Source: a virus
Lineage: Duplodnaviria > Caudoviricetes
Strand: one strand, 5' to 3'
DNA length: 42,411 bases
Virus record (IMG/VR): IMGVR_UViG_3300046778_000114
Span: 1 to 42,411 of that record
Each line of letters opens with the position of its first letter. The first letter of the stretch is position 1. The notes below the pieces were generated by a model that did no database searches, was not told the origin of the DNA, and worked only from the letters and a program-made list of their open reading frames with translations. Position numbers and translations under genes: made by a program. Shown here one piece after another: positions 1-8,125 of the stretch.

Positions 1-350
1 CCCCCATACCGCCCCATATGCCCCCCTTATGTAAACTACATGATGCTGTAAAACACACTTGCGGGTTACATGTTTTGCCCGCCGCGCCACGCCGCGCCGT
101 ACGGGACTGTACGGATGCTGTAATAGTTACAGCATCCGTACAGCGTACGTACCGTCTGTTTTCGTTTTGTTCTTATACTATATTTTTTTTTTTTTTTAAT
201 TTCACAGAAAAAAGCGTGAATTAAAACATACCCCAGCCATACACCACTGTACGGATGCCCGCCCGCCACGGGGACAAACACACAACCCGCACACGCTTTT
301 TAGAGCATCATGTAGGTAATATAAGGGGGGCATATGGGTATTTATGGGGG
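1..350. repeat. Terminal ungapped imperfect inverted repeat (arms ~1-130 and ~221-350, axis 175/176); candidate origin, packaging or divergent control region
   Basis: Manual alignment of 1-80 with the reverse complement of 271-350 gives 62/80 identities without gaps (42/50 over the first 50 nt). In-register blocks continue to ~130. The centre is T-rich, with T15 at 183-197. Confidence 0.9.
107..143. repeat. Perfect 17-bp hairpin, containing copy 1 of the 33-bp dyad element (109-141)
   Basis: CTGTACGGATGCTGTAA-TAG-TTACAGCATCCGTACAG; ACTGTACGGATGC (106-118) recurs directly at 246-258. Confidence 0.9.
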
Positions 351-418
351 AGCACGAGCGCATAGCACGGGGCGCATATCGAGACGCGAAAAAATCTACA
401 TAACCTGCAAATACGGGC

Positions 419-447
419 TTTACACCGCTTTCAGACCGTGGTATCGT
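419..447 (+). promoter_or_regulatory. Sigma70-type early promoter
   Basis: TTTACA-N17-TATCGT with an extended -10 TGn, upstream of an AAGGA RBS and the ATG at 470. Confidence 0.65.
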
Positions 448-469
448 ACGATATTGAAAGGAAAAGAAC

Positions 470-955
470 ATGCCACGCAACAGAAATATTCGTTTTAACT
501 GGGCAGCAATGGGCACAACGCCGCAAGAGGTTTTAGAAAACCTTGCACAATTCTTTAGTCCAGTGCCTCCTTGCATCTCCTGGGCGGATACGCCGCAGGG
601 CGCAAAGTTCTGGCACAACTATTTCACCAAGGGTGACAAACGCGCGGTTCTTGCCCTCGAGCGCATGTTTCGGCAAGCGCGGGAGGACGTGAAACGGCAG
701 CGCCTCGATCTCTACCGCTTTCCTGAGATAACTTCGCAGCCACAAGCGATAATTATGAATGAAAATTGGCTCAGAAACACAAGAAGCCCTGCGGTGAAAC
801 ATCCGCAAATAGGAATCAACTGGGGCGCAACTCCACAAGGCGAGGTTTTTTGGGCGCACTGGTTCGCCTCTTTCCCCCGCTCCCCCGAACCGCTTGATGA
901 ATTAATCGCCGCAGCAAAAAAGGAAACAAAATGCTTAAAATCTTCGCGCACGTAA
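470..955 (+). CDS. Early hypothetical protein with repeated W-x-x-TPQG-x-x-FW motif
   Basis: 161-aa ORF with RBS; contains ISWADTPQGAKFW and INWGATPQGEVFW, plus a degenerate N-terminal copy. Confidence 0.8.
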   Translation: MPRNRNIRFNWAAMGTTPQEVLENLAQFFSPVPPCISWADTPQGAKFWHNYFTKGDKRAVLALERMFRQAREDVKRQRLDLYRFPEITSQPQAIIMNENWLRNTRSPAVKHPQIGINWGATPQGEVFWAHWFASFPRSPEPLDELIAAAKKETKCLKSSRT

Positions 956-1035
956 TCGCCGCTGCAATCGCAGGAACTGTTCTTGTCAGCATCGGGCTCG
1001 GCCTCGGGCTTATGTTCATCTTTAACTTCATGTGA
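931..1035 (+). CDS. 34-aa single-pass membrane peptide
   Basis: Hand translation MLKIFAHVIAAAIAGTVLVSIGLGLGLMFIFNFM; AAGGA RBS; below the ORF-track length cutoff. Confidence 0.6.
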   Translation: MLKIFAHVIAAAIAGTVLVSIGLGLGLMFIFNFM

Positions 1036-1139
1036 CGGGGCTTGAAAGTTATTTTTTACCGCGAAACAGGGCTTTGCCCCTGTCTTACAGTACCCCTGCT
1101 ATCTGTAACTGATGAGCACAGCAGGGAAAGGACGAGAAA

Positions 1140-1298
1140 ATGACACAGAAAGAAAAGAACACCCTTATCGCCCTCGGCATTCGCTTCCAGCCTCTTTCAA
1201 ACGGGTGCATTCGCCTCCTCATCGCAGGGCGCGAGTACATCGTGCGCTCGTTCGACACAGCGCTTTCTCTCGCATCTCGCCACTATGGAGCGATGTAA
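1140..1298 (+). CDS. 52-aa hypothetical protein
   Basis: Hand translation MTQKEKNTLIALGIRFQPLSNGCIRLLIAGREYIVRSFDTALSLASRHYGAM; AAGGA RBS; TAATG overlap with the next gene. Confidence 0.65.
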   Translation: MTQKEKNTLIALGIRFQPLSNGCIRLLIAGREYIVRSFDTALSLASRHYGAM

Positions 1299-1897
1299 TG
1301 GAACTTTTCACATACGACGAGCTAGACGAAGATGCACAGCAAAAAGTTATGGATGATTTGGAGGGAGAAATAACCCCTTCCCTGTCAGAATTTTGTGAGA
1401 TACTTTGGGATCACGATGACATTAAAAACATGGAGAAATTACTAGGAATTACATCTTACCACGTAAACTTCACTGACACAAAAGAACCAGCTCCGCCTCT
1501 TACTTTCCTTAAGTTCAAGCGCACGCCAAATCTAAAATGGGAAGAGGCGCTTGCAAAATACTTCCCCCATGATCTCGTTATGCGCGAGATTGCAAATCTC
1601 TTTGCCGCCGAGCAGGACGCAGAAGCCAAGCGCGAGCTAGAAAAATGGCTTCACAACCTCTTTCACTACGAGTTTTTGTGGCAAACAAGGAGCGAAAACC
1701 TCGAAAACCACATTAGCAGTGAAGGTTATCTCTTCCACGCAGACGGCACTTTGTATACGGGGGTAGAATGCATTCCTCCTTTCACCCCCTCAGAGGCTTC
1801 TGCAAAAGCAAAGCTCTCAAAAGAAAGTGCTGTTACCTTTTTACAGGAAAAAGGTTTTTTAGATCACGAAGGAAAACTTAGCGAAAAATACAAATGA
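1298..1897 (+). CDS. Acidic early phage protein (start moved from 1112 to 1298)
   Basis: GGAG RBS and TAATG coupling. N-terminal FTYDELDEDAQQK and internal YLFHADG motifs resemble a common early phage protein family of unknown function. Confidence 0.7.
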   Translation: MELFTYDELDEDAQQKVMDDLEGEITPSLSEFCEILWDHDDIKNMEKLLGITSYHVNFTDTKEPAPPLTFLKFKRTPNLKWEEALAKYFPHDLVMREIANLFAAEQDAEAKRELEKWLHNLFHYEFLWQTRSENLENHISSEGYLFHADGTLYTGVECIPPFTPSEASAKAKLSKESAVTFLQEKGFLDHEGKLSEKYK

Positions 1898-1932
1898 AGC
1901 TTGTTTCTTTAGCCTGTTTTTTGGAGAGTAAA

Positions 1933-2154
1933 ATGTTCAATATAGAAGAATTTGAGACAAGTGTGCGAACGCTGGGGATGTCATTCACAATTCGCCTGAC
2001 AGACGAGAACGATCAAAAACCAGGAAAGTACTTAGTAAACATCCATAACACAGTGGCGAATGTATTTTTCCCTGTATATGCCAATGATCTTTGTAAGGCA
2101 GCCAAAGAAAGCCTCCGCCGCGCCGAACTTTTCCACTCAAAAGGAGTCCGTTGA
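1933..2154 (+). CDS. Hypothetical protein (alternative start 1894)
   Basis: GGAG RBS before the ATG at 1933; lies within the early operon. Confidence 0.6.
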   Translation: MFNIEEFETSVRTLGMSFTIRLTDENDQKPGKYLVNIHNTVANVFFPVYANDLCKAAKESLRRAELFHSKGVR

Positions 2155-2296
2155 TGATAGAAACCTCTGTAGCACTTCTATTTTTAGTCACCCTTTCTAT
2201 TACCCTCGGATTTACATCTATATACATCTGTATAGTACGAATTGAAAACCAGCTTTTCGAATTTAATTCTTTCTTAACAACCTTAAAGGGCAGAAA

Positions 2297-2539
2297 ATGA
2301 CAAAAACAGAAATCCAAATCGAAGCTATGATCCAAACTCTGCGCGAATTTTTGGATGTTTGATCTATGTGCAAAACAATAGACAGCGCAGAGTTTGCCCT
2401 GCAAAAACCCCTTCACGAGGCTACAATAGAAGAGGCTGCCGTAGTCCTTGTTCTTTACCAATCACTTAAAGAGTCCCCAGCGGCAAAAATTGCCGAGGGA
2501 ATGAAAACTTTAAAGGACAAAAAAATATGGAACAGTTAA
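2297..2539 (+). pseudogene. 80-codon ORF interrupted by an in-frame TGA at 2360-2362
   Basis: MTKTEIQIEAMIQTLREFLDV*SMCKTIDSAEF...KKIWNS; purine-rich RBS; overlaps the start of the next gene. Confidence 0.55.
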
Positions 2540-2883
2540 TAGGCTTAATACCTATAGAGATAAAACAAGAATATGACGAGATAACCTTCAAGTTTTCAAA
2601 TGGGGCTATATCTCGATGGTATCACCAGCAAGATTGTTGCGAGACTGTACACATAGAGGACGTAAACGGGAACTGGGACGACCTACTTAATCACCCTCTT
2701 CTTGTCGCCGAGGAAAGAGAAGGAAGTGATCCAGAAGGTTTTGAGCCCAGTGACGATAGCCGCACATGGACATTCTACACTTTTTGCTCGATCAAAGGAA
2801 CAGTCGATGTGCGCTGGCTTGGGGAGAGTAATGGGTATTATAGCGAAAGTGTAGATTTTTCTTTTCAGGAGCCAAAGCAATGA
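2527..2883 (+). CDS. Conserved phage protein of unknown function
   Basis: YHQQDCCE, TWTFY and RWLGESNGYYSE motifs, recognisable from many phage genomes. Confidence 0.85.
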   Translation: MEQLIGLIPIEIKQEYDEITFKFSNGAISRWYHQQDCCETVHIEDVNGNWDDLLNHPLLVAEEREGSDPEGFEPSDDSRTWTFYTFCSIKGTVDVRWLGESNGYYSESVDFSFQEPKQ

Positions 2884-3263
2884 AAAAATATATCCTAACC
2901 CTCTACGACGAAAAAGATGAGTATATACCTGAGACATGGAGAAAAGAGTTCCTCCACGAAAACCTCTACGCTTTTTTAAAATCACCTCAGTTCAAGGAAA
3001 ACCCTTCCGACTCTTATTTCTCCTCCCTTCTCGAGATAGACGAAAAAACCGAAACAGTGCACTTTGTTGAAATCTCGGAAATTCTCGACTACTACGAAAC
3101 TCACGAGTGGAACACCGCTTGGGACGACTTTCCTGAAATCGTACAGAACTTTCTTTCCGAACACAGTAAATTTAGGGGCGAGGATGAATGGGGCGACAAG
3201 ATAGACGAACGTGCCGAGCTCGCTTTTCGGGATGCAAAACAGACAGATTACAGAGTTCTCTAA
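2880..3263 (+). CDS. Acidic hypothetical protein
   Basis: 127-aa ORF; ATGA overlap; AGGAG RBS. Confidence 0.75.
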   Translation: MKKYILTLYDEKDEYIPETWRKEFLHENLYAFLKSPQFKENPSDSYFSSLLEIDEKTETVHFVEISEILDYYETHEWNTAWDDFPEIVQNFLSEHSKFRGEDEWGDKIDERAELAFRDAKQTDYRVL

Positions 3264-3354
3264 GGTTTCACTGCCACCGTAGGTTACTCCACTGTTAACA
3301 TAGTTTTTTCCGCGCTATTATTAAACCATACAGAAAATTTAAAGGATTAATTTC

Positions 3355-3560
3355 ATGTCCCTTACTCTTGATAAAATTTTAGAGGTAAAAAGCTTAAAAG
3401 TCCACGAAGCTAAAGAAGAAAATAAGAGGCTAAAAAAAAAAAAAAAAAAAAAAAAATAAAACGAGCTCTTCATGTCATCAACTGCATTCCAGAAAATCAA
3501 CTTAACGAACTCGCGGATCAGCAATTACAGGCGATTAAAAAAGAAATGGGACTGTTTTGA
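3355..3560 (+). pseudogene. Small ORF frameshifted at an A25 homopolymer (3432-3456)
   Basis: MSLTLDKILEVKSLKVHEAKEENKRL-K8-stop. The -1 frame continues IKRALHVINCIPENQLNELADQQLQAIKKEMGLF to a TGATG junction with the next gene. Confidence 0.65.
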
Positions 3561-3985
3561 TGGGTAAATTACACTCTTTAGAGGCTTGCATTTTAACAGT
3601 TGGCTTTGCAGCTAGTAAACCATTTTATTGGTTTACTGAAGGCGAGGTTGTGAAAAAAGCCGTAGAATTAAAAATCATAGAAGAAGTTACGCCGAAATCC
3701 ATTCAGCTTATTCGAAACACTCTTTCGAGAATGTACTTTAGAAAAAGATACGTGAAAAAACCTGCGCACACCCAAAAACTTTACATACTTACCCAGCTTG
3801 GGGTGGAAAAATTCAAAGAGTTTTATAGCACGGAAAAAGACAAACCTCTCATCATCAGTGATGATGGGATGAAAGAGGGGCAAGGACTTTTAATTAATGA
3901 ATACAACGAGTCTGACTCTTATAATGAGTTATCAATTAAAGTTAAAGCAATCGTCTCCGCAGCCCTACAACGCGAGGTGGAGTAA
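3560..3985 (+). CDS. Putative winged-helix DNA-binding protein
   Basis: SIQLIRNTLSRM...KLYILTQLG pattern resembles a wHTH recognition helix and wing (Y-x-L-T-x-x-G). Confidence 0.5.
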   Translation: MGKLHSLEACILTVGFAASKPFYWFTEGEVVKKAVELKIIEEVTPKSIQLIRNTLSRMYFRKRYVKKPAHTQKLYILTQLGVEKFKEFYSTEKDKPLIISDDGMKEGQGLLINEYNESDSYNELSIKVKAIVSAALQREVE

Positions 3986-4233
3986 TGCTGACGTATCATG
4001 AGTTAATCAGGATGGCTGACCAACTCTACACAAACGAGGCAATTAAACACTGTGTTATGCCAAAAGCATACTGGGAGCTATCGCTACGCATCTATAATCA
4101 GCTCAAACTTGACCCCTACTTGTGTTTTGCTACTCCGGCAAAAGAAATAAAGCTTATGGGGCTTCCTGTAAAAATAAAAGAACACGCAATTGATGATCTG
4201 CGATTGATCACTTTTAGCTCAACTCATTGTTAA
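3985..4233 (+). CDS. Hypothetical protein
   Basis: 82 aa; TAATG coupling; GGAG RBS. Confidence 0.7.
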   Translation: MLTYHELIRMADQLYTNEAIKHCVMPKAYWELSLRIYNQLKLDPYLCFATPAKEIKLMGLPVKIKEHAIDDLRLITFSSTHC

Positions 4234-4257
4234 AACTTTATCTTTAGGAACTTCCCA

Positions 4258-4365
4258 GTGAAAAAGAAATTTTCCCTCCCTGCCGAGTCCTTCATCTGGA
4301 TCGGCATCCCCCTCACCGCCCTGATAGTCTTTCTTTCGGGAAAACTTCTTACTTTACTTCTTTAA
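4258..4365 (+). CDS. 35-aa membrane peptide
   Basis: GTG start after AGGA; MKKKFSLPAESFIWIGIPLTALIVFLSGKLLTLLL. Confidence 0.5.
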   Translation: MKKKFSLPAESFIWIGIPLTALIVFLSGKLLTLLL

Positions 4366-4381
4366 CAGTCTATAGTATAAT
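4353..4381 (+). promoter_or_regulatory. Sigma70-type promoter
   Basis: TTTACT-N17-TATAAT upstream of an AAGGAG RBS and the ATG at 4407. Confidence 0.7.
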
Positions 4382-4406
4382 AGCATAATAGAAAAGGAGA
4401 CCCCCA

Positions 4407-4685
4407 ATGCCACTATCCCTCGACCTAGCCGCCAGCGGTAATTTCTCCCTCACCGACGAGTCCGGCCACACTATCGAAGTCTTAAACAACATCCAAGGAT
4501 TACAGTTCATCCACTCCCTTTTAATGGCGCGGAAAACTATTCCAGTCCACAAAATCGCCACGCCATCCCGCCCGCTACAATCTATGGTTGATATTATGCT
4601 GCGCCAACAAGTTAAGAAACACAAGAGGCAAAAACCCGCCCCCAGTCCTGCAATTTGCTTTTCCAACTTCGAAATCAGTCTTTAA
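4407..4685 (+). CDS. Hypothetical protein
   Basis: 92 aa; strong RBS. Confidence 0.75.
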   Translation: MPLSLDLAASGNFSLTDESGHTIEVLNNIQGLQFIHSLLMARKTIPVHKIATPSRPLQSMVDIMLRQQVKKHKRQKPAPSPAICFSNFEISL

Positions 4686-4699
4686 AGGAGTCCCTCTTA

Positions 4700-5047
4700 A
4701 TGTCCCTCGCAAAACATTCCTCCCGCTTCGCCGATGTGAAAGAAATCTTCGACGGAGCTCTTTCCAATAACGGGGCAAAGATCACTGCCGAAACTCTAGG
4801 CAAAGCTATTCGTTGGCGACAGCGTGCTTATCACTTCCGCAAAGTCCTCTGGGGCGAACTCAACGCCGACAATCCTGTTCCCCCTGTCCCTACCCCATAC
4901 GACTCTTTAACAATCCGTGTCGAGCACAATGTCTGCTTCGTCGACATTCAGACCCCTGATAGCATGGGCTTAGTCGTCGAGTACAATACACCGAAGTTCG
5001 ACCTCGAGGTAGAAGCTCTCCGCCAAAGCCTAGGTATTATCATTTAA
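4700..5047 (+). CDS. Hypothetical protein (start moved to 4700)
   Basis: AAGGAG RBS before MSLAKHSS. Confidence 0.75.
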   Translation: MSLAKHSSRFADVKEIFDGALSNNGAKITAETLGKAIRWRQRAYHFRKVLWGELNADNPVPPVPTPYDSLTIRVEHNVCFVDIQTPDSMGLVVEYNTPKFDLEVEALRQSLGIII

Positions 5048-5058
5048 AAGGAAATAAA

Positions 5059-5232
5059 ATGTTTAATTTTTTCAAGAAAAAAAAACCCGCCCTTATTCCT
5101 AGATACTGGGTATTTGCAGCTCGACCTGATCCAATGTCAATCACAGGAGGTTTTCGTAATCAGGAAGAACGCCGAGAATGGGTACACATTGTTGATACTC
5201 ACACTTATCAGGTGTGGAGAGATGAATGGTAA
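5059..5232 (+). CDS. 57-aa hypothetical protein
   Basis: Hand translation MFNFFKKKKPALIPRYWVF...QVWRDEW; AAGGA RBS; fills the gap between neighbouring genes. Confidence 0.6.
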   Translation: MFNFFKKKKPALIPRYWVFAARPDPMSITGGFRNQEERREWVHIVDTHTYQVWRDEW

Positions 5233-5483
5233 CGCCCTTGACCCCTGACGAAATCGAAGCCCACAAGAAAATCTACTCCAACCAGTCCAACATCCTCCTC
5301 CTTTCGTCGGGCAACTTCGCTCTTTTCCAATACGGACACGCTAACAGCGCTAGCGCAATGCAACTAATCCACATCGGAACCTGGGCGGAGTGTGAAGCAT
5401 TCGTTCGAGCTCATGAAGCCCTTCGCCCGCCGCCTTGGATGCCATCTACTAAATTAACTTTTGACTTTAACCTCGATCTTTAA
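5226..5483 (+). CDS. Hypothetical protein
   Basis: 85 aa; GGAG RBS. Confidence 0.7.
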   Translation: MVTPLTPDEIEAHKKIYSNQSNILLLSSGNFALFQYGHANSASAMQLIHIGTWAECEAFVRAHEALRPPPWMPSTKLTFDFNLDL

Positions 5484-5492
5484 GGAGCCGCC

Positions 5493-5768
5493 ATGATCCG
5501 TGTCTACCTTCTCCTCCACCGTGCTACAGGCAATTTCCTGCCTATTCTCCGCGAGGGCATGACTAGGTGGAACCCTGAAGGACAATCTCCAAAAATAAAA
5601 CCTCGAGTTTTCCCCTCCAAAAGCGCAGCAAGTCGATGTAAAAACATGTGGGAAACAGGTGTACTTGTTACCTCCCACAAACCAACTGCCCCGTACTTGA
5701 TCCTCGAAGAGGAAACCGACCGCAAGGTCGACGATCTCCGAATTGTAAAAGCTTATTTAACCTGGTAA
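5493..5768 (+). CDS. Hypothetical protein
   Basis: 91 aa; AAGGAG RBS. Confidence 0.75.
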   Translation: MIRVYLLLHRATGNFLPILREGMTRWNPEGQSPKIKPRVFPSKSAASRCKNMWETGVLVTSHKPTAPYLILEEETDRKVDDLRIVKAYLTW

Positions 5769-5781
5769 AGGAACCTCCGCC

Positions 5782-6048
5782 ATGCAAACTTTCTACTCAC
5801 ACGTTCGTTTTGTTACTCCTACTGGCAAATATTACTCCGCCCTTATTTCCTACTCGGCTGAGAACTTCACGAGCTCCGTAACAACTCTTACCGCTTTTTG
5901 TGCAGGGGTTGAGTTACTTAGCTCTTTAAAAGTAGAGGTCTACGGAATAAGTAAAAACAGACCGAAAGGAACAGCTGTTTCCCTTCACATCGGCGAGGCC
6001 TTAAAAGATCCAGGCCTCGAAGCATGGCTTTTGGAGAACCGCCCATGA
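5782..6048 (+). CDS. Hypothetical protein
   Basis: 88 aa; AAGGA RBS. Confidence 0.7.
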   Translation: MQTFYSHVRFVTPTGKYYSALISYSAENFTSSVTTLTAFCAGVELLSSLKVEVYGISKNRPKGTAVSLHIGEALKDPGLEAWLLENRP

Positions 6049-6362
6049 CTCTTGAAGAAATAAAAAACTGTCTGTGTGTTGGTACATTCTCTAACTTAAA
6101 AATTAGTTGGAACGAAGAGGCCTCAAACTATCTTAATGCGGAACAAACTTTAAATTACGATGCAAAAAAAAAAAAAGAAGAAGCTTACCGTTACTACAGC
6201 AAAAAATTTTTTGTTTCACCTGAAGAATACCAGAAATGTATAGCCACAAATTCTATTTGGACTGCACAATGGTATCCTAATTCACCAGTAGGTTTCAACC
6301 TTCTTCATGCTTCAACTTACGAAGCCCTTCACGCAGCGCTTACAGAAAGAGCTCGCTCATGA
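6045..6362 (+). CDS. Hypothetical phage protein (start moved to 6045)
   Basis: ATGA coupling; GGAG RBS; C-terminal W-x-x-QWYP-x-SPVGF motif; in-frame A13 run. Confidence 0.7.
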   Translation: MTLEEIKNCLCVGTFSNLKISWNEEASNYLNAEQTLNYDAKKKKEEAYRYYSKKFFVSPEEYQKCIATNSIWTAQWYPNSPVGFNLLHASTYEALHAALTERARS

Positions 6363-6562
6363 CCAAAGAAAAAGAAGCCTTCCTTGCTCGCTGGGAGTTC
6401 AACGGGAAGATTGGCGCATGTCGTTTCTTTCTACAGATAATAGAGAGAGACAAAGCAGGAAGCAGTAAGCTCGCTTCCTTCGAGATCCTCAACCAGGTTC
6501 AAACCGCCGTAGCCGAAGTAACAAAGCTCGAGCGCCTTTTACGAGAAAGATTTAAGAAATGA
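6359..6562 (+). CDS. Hypothetical protein
   Basis: 67 aa; ATGA overlaps on both sides. Confidence 0.65.
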   Translation: MTKEKEAFLARWEFNGKIGACRFFLQIIERDKAGSSKLASFEILNQVQTAVAEVTKLERLLRERFKK

Positions 6563-8004
6563 CCTTCACCCCCACAGCTGAACAACTTGCCATAGTAGAG
6601 GCGGCGGTTGAGACCAAGGACAACCTCCTCATCTCTGCCCTTGCAGGGGCAGCCAAGACCTCGACCCTTCTCCTCATCGCCCAAGCCCTACGCAAGACCT
6701 CCATCCTATGCCTCTCTTTCAACAAGAAGATCGCCGACGAGATGCGCGTGCGCTTGCCTGCCAACTGTGAGTCAAAGACCCTCAACGCCCTCGGGCACGG
6801 GGCATGGGGGCAAACCCTCGGAACCCGCCTCACCCTCAACACAAAGAAGAACTACGAGATCCTCACCGCCCTTCTAAACCTTCTTACACCAGAAGAAAAG
6901 GAGGAAAACTTCGAAGCCTTCGCCGACATGCTCCGAGCCATCGAAACAGGCAAGACCGCCGGCTACATCCCCGACAAAGAGTTCCCCAAAGCCAAGCCTC
7001 TTCTTGACGACCAGGAGTTCTTCGACTCCCACCTTGACATAGAGTTCACCTCCCTTCAGCGTCAACTAATCCGCGATGCCTCGATCCAATCCCTCCAGCG
7101 TTCCTTCGAGGGCATCATCGACTTCAACGACCAGATCCTCATGCCCACCTGCTTCCCTTGTTCCCTTCCCCAGTACCCCCTCGTCCTCATCGACGAGGCG
7201 CAAGATCTTTCCTCCCTCAACCACGCCTTCATGCGTAAGTTCTGTAAGAAACGCCTAATTGCAGTTGGTGACGAATGCCAGGCTATATACGGTTTCCGAG
7301 GCGCCCACGCTTCTTCCATGCACGAGCTAAAAAAAACATTTTCTATGCGCGAACTAAAACTTTCCATCTCCTTCCGTTGCCCCGTCTCTATCGTCGAGGC
7401 CGCACGTTGGCGGGCTCCTCACATGCTCTACCCTGAGTGGGCAAAGCAAGGCGAAGTCACCACTCTTGATCTTTGGAACACTTCCCACCTCCCTTCTTCT
7501 GAAGTCGCCATAATTTGCCGAAACAACGCCCCACTTTTTTCCCTCGCTATTAAACTTATACGCGCAGGACGCTACCCTAAACTCGTGGGCAACGATCTCG
7601 GCAAAACCCTTCTTACCATAATGAACCGCTTCGGCTCTGCCTCCCTTCCCATTGAAGAGGCAGAAAAGAAACGGGAACGTTGGCTCAAGGGCAGGCTAAA
7701 GAAAGTCCGAGACCAAGGGGCTATCCGCGATCAAGCCGAGTGTATCCGCATCTTCTTCGAGGGCGAAACAACCCTCGGCGGGGCTGTGACAAAAGCTCAG
7801 AACCTCTTCTCTATGTCAGGTCCAATCGAGTTAATGACTGGTCACAAAGCGAAAGGCCTTGAGTTCTCTCACGTTTTCTTTCTCAACCAAGATCTTTTGC
7901 GCGACACTGGTCAGGACGGTAACCTCCGCTACGTCATCCAGACCCGTGCGAAAGAAACCCTAACCTACATAACCTTAGAAGGATTTCAACTAGAACCCAG
8001 TTAG
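6559..8004 (+). CDS. UvrD/Rep-like superfamily 1 DNA helicase
   Basis: TAEQ Q-motif, ALAGAAKT (Walker A variant), LIDEAQD, GDECQAIYGFRGA, SFRCP, ICRNNA, MTGHKAKGLEF, YVIQTRAKE. Confidence 0.93.
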   Translation: MTFTPTAEQLAIVEAAVETKDNLLISALAGAAKTSTLLLIAQALRKTSILCLSFNKKIADEMRVRLPANCESKTLNALGHGAWGQTLGTRLTLNTKKNYEILTALLNLLTPEEKEENFEAFADMLRAIETGKTAGYIPDKEFPKAKPLLDDQEFFDSHLDIEFTSLQRQLIRDASIQSLQRSFEGIIDFNDQILMPTCFPCSLPQYPLVLIDEAQDLSSLNHAFMRKFCKKRLIAVGDECQAIYGFRGAHASSMHELKKTFSMRELKLSISFRCPVSIVEAARWRAPHMLYPEWAKQGEVTTLDLWNTSHLPSSEVAIICRNNAPLFSLAIKLIRAGRYPKLVGNDLGKTLLTIMNRFGSASLPIEEAEKKRERWLKGRLKKVRDQGAIRDQAECIRIFFEGETTLGGAVTKAQNLFSMSGPIELMTGHKAKGLEFSHVFFLNQDLLRDTGQDGNLRYVIQTRAKETLTYITLEGFQLEPS

Positions 8005-8037
8005 GTATGGCTCCTGTAATAGTTCCAACAACCATAC
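8005..8037 (+). promoter_or_regulatory. 33-bp dyad element, copy 2
   Basis: GTATGG-CTC-CTGTAATAGTT-CCAACAA-CCATAC; intergenic, just upstream of a putative promoter. Confidence 0.75.
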
Positions 8038-8058
8038 TAAACTCCTCCAAAAAAGTTC

Positions 8059-8086
8059 TTTACATTCGTTTGAGACTATGTAATAT
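8059..8086 (+). promoter_or_regulatory. Putative sigma70-type promoter for the recombination/replication operon
   Basis: TTTACA-N16-TAATAT; same -35 hexamer as the promoter at 419. Confidence 0.5.
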
Positions 8087-8125
8087 TAAATTCGTTACCA
8101 ACCCAAACCCATAAAGGATTGAACA

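Noticed and set aside
107-143. Hairpin as a protelomerase (telRL) site of an N15-like linear plasmid prophage
   Set aside because: No protelomerase or tyrosine-recombinase ORF, ParA or repressor was recognised, and the palindrome has a 3-nt unpaired centre.
18-618. ORFs 18-224, 66-281 and 202-618, two of which share an MPPL..LHDA.K..CGL.V peptide
   Set aside because: The similarity follows from the DNA inverted repeat; there is no clear RBS, and two of them cross the T15 tract. The region is treated as non-coding.
2360-2362. In-frame TGA as a sign of genome-wide stop-codon reassignment
   Set aside because: TGA ends many genes at ATGA/TGATG junctions, and long conserved genes are intact under the standard code.
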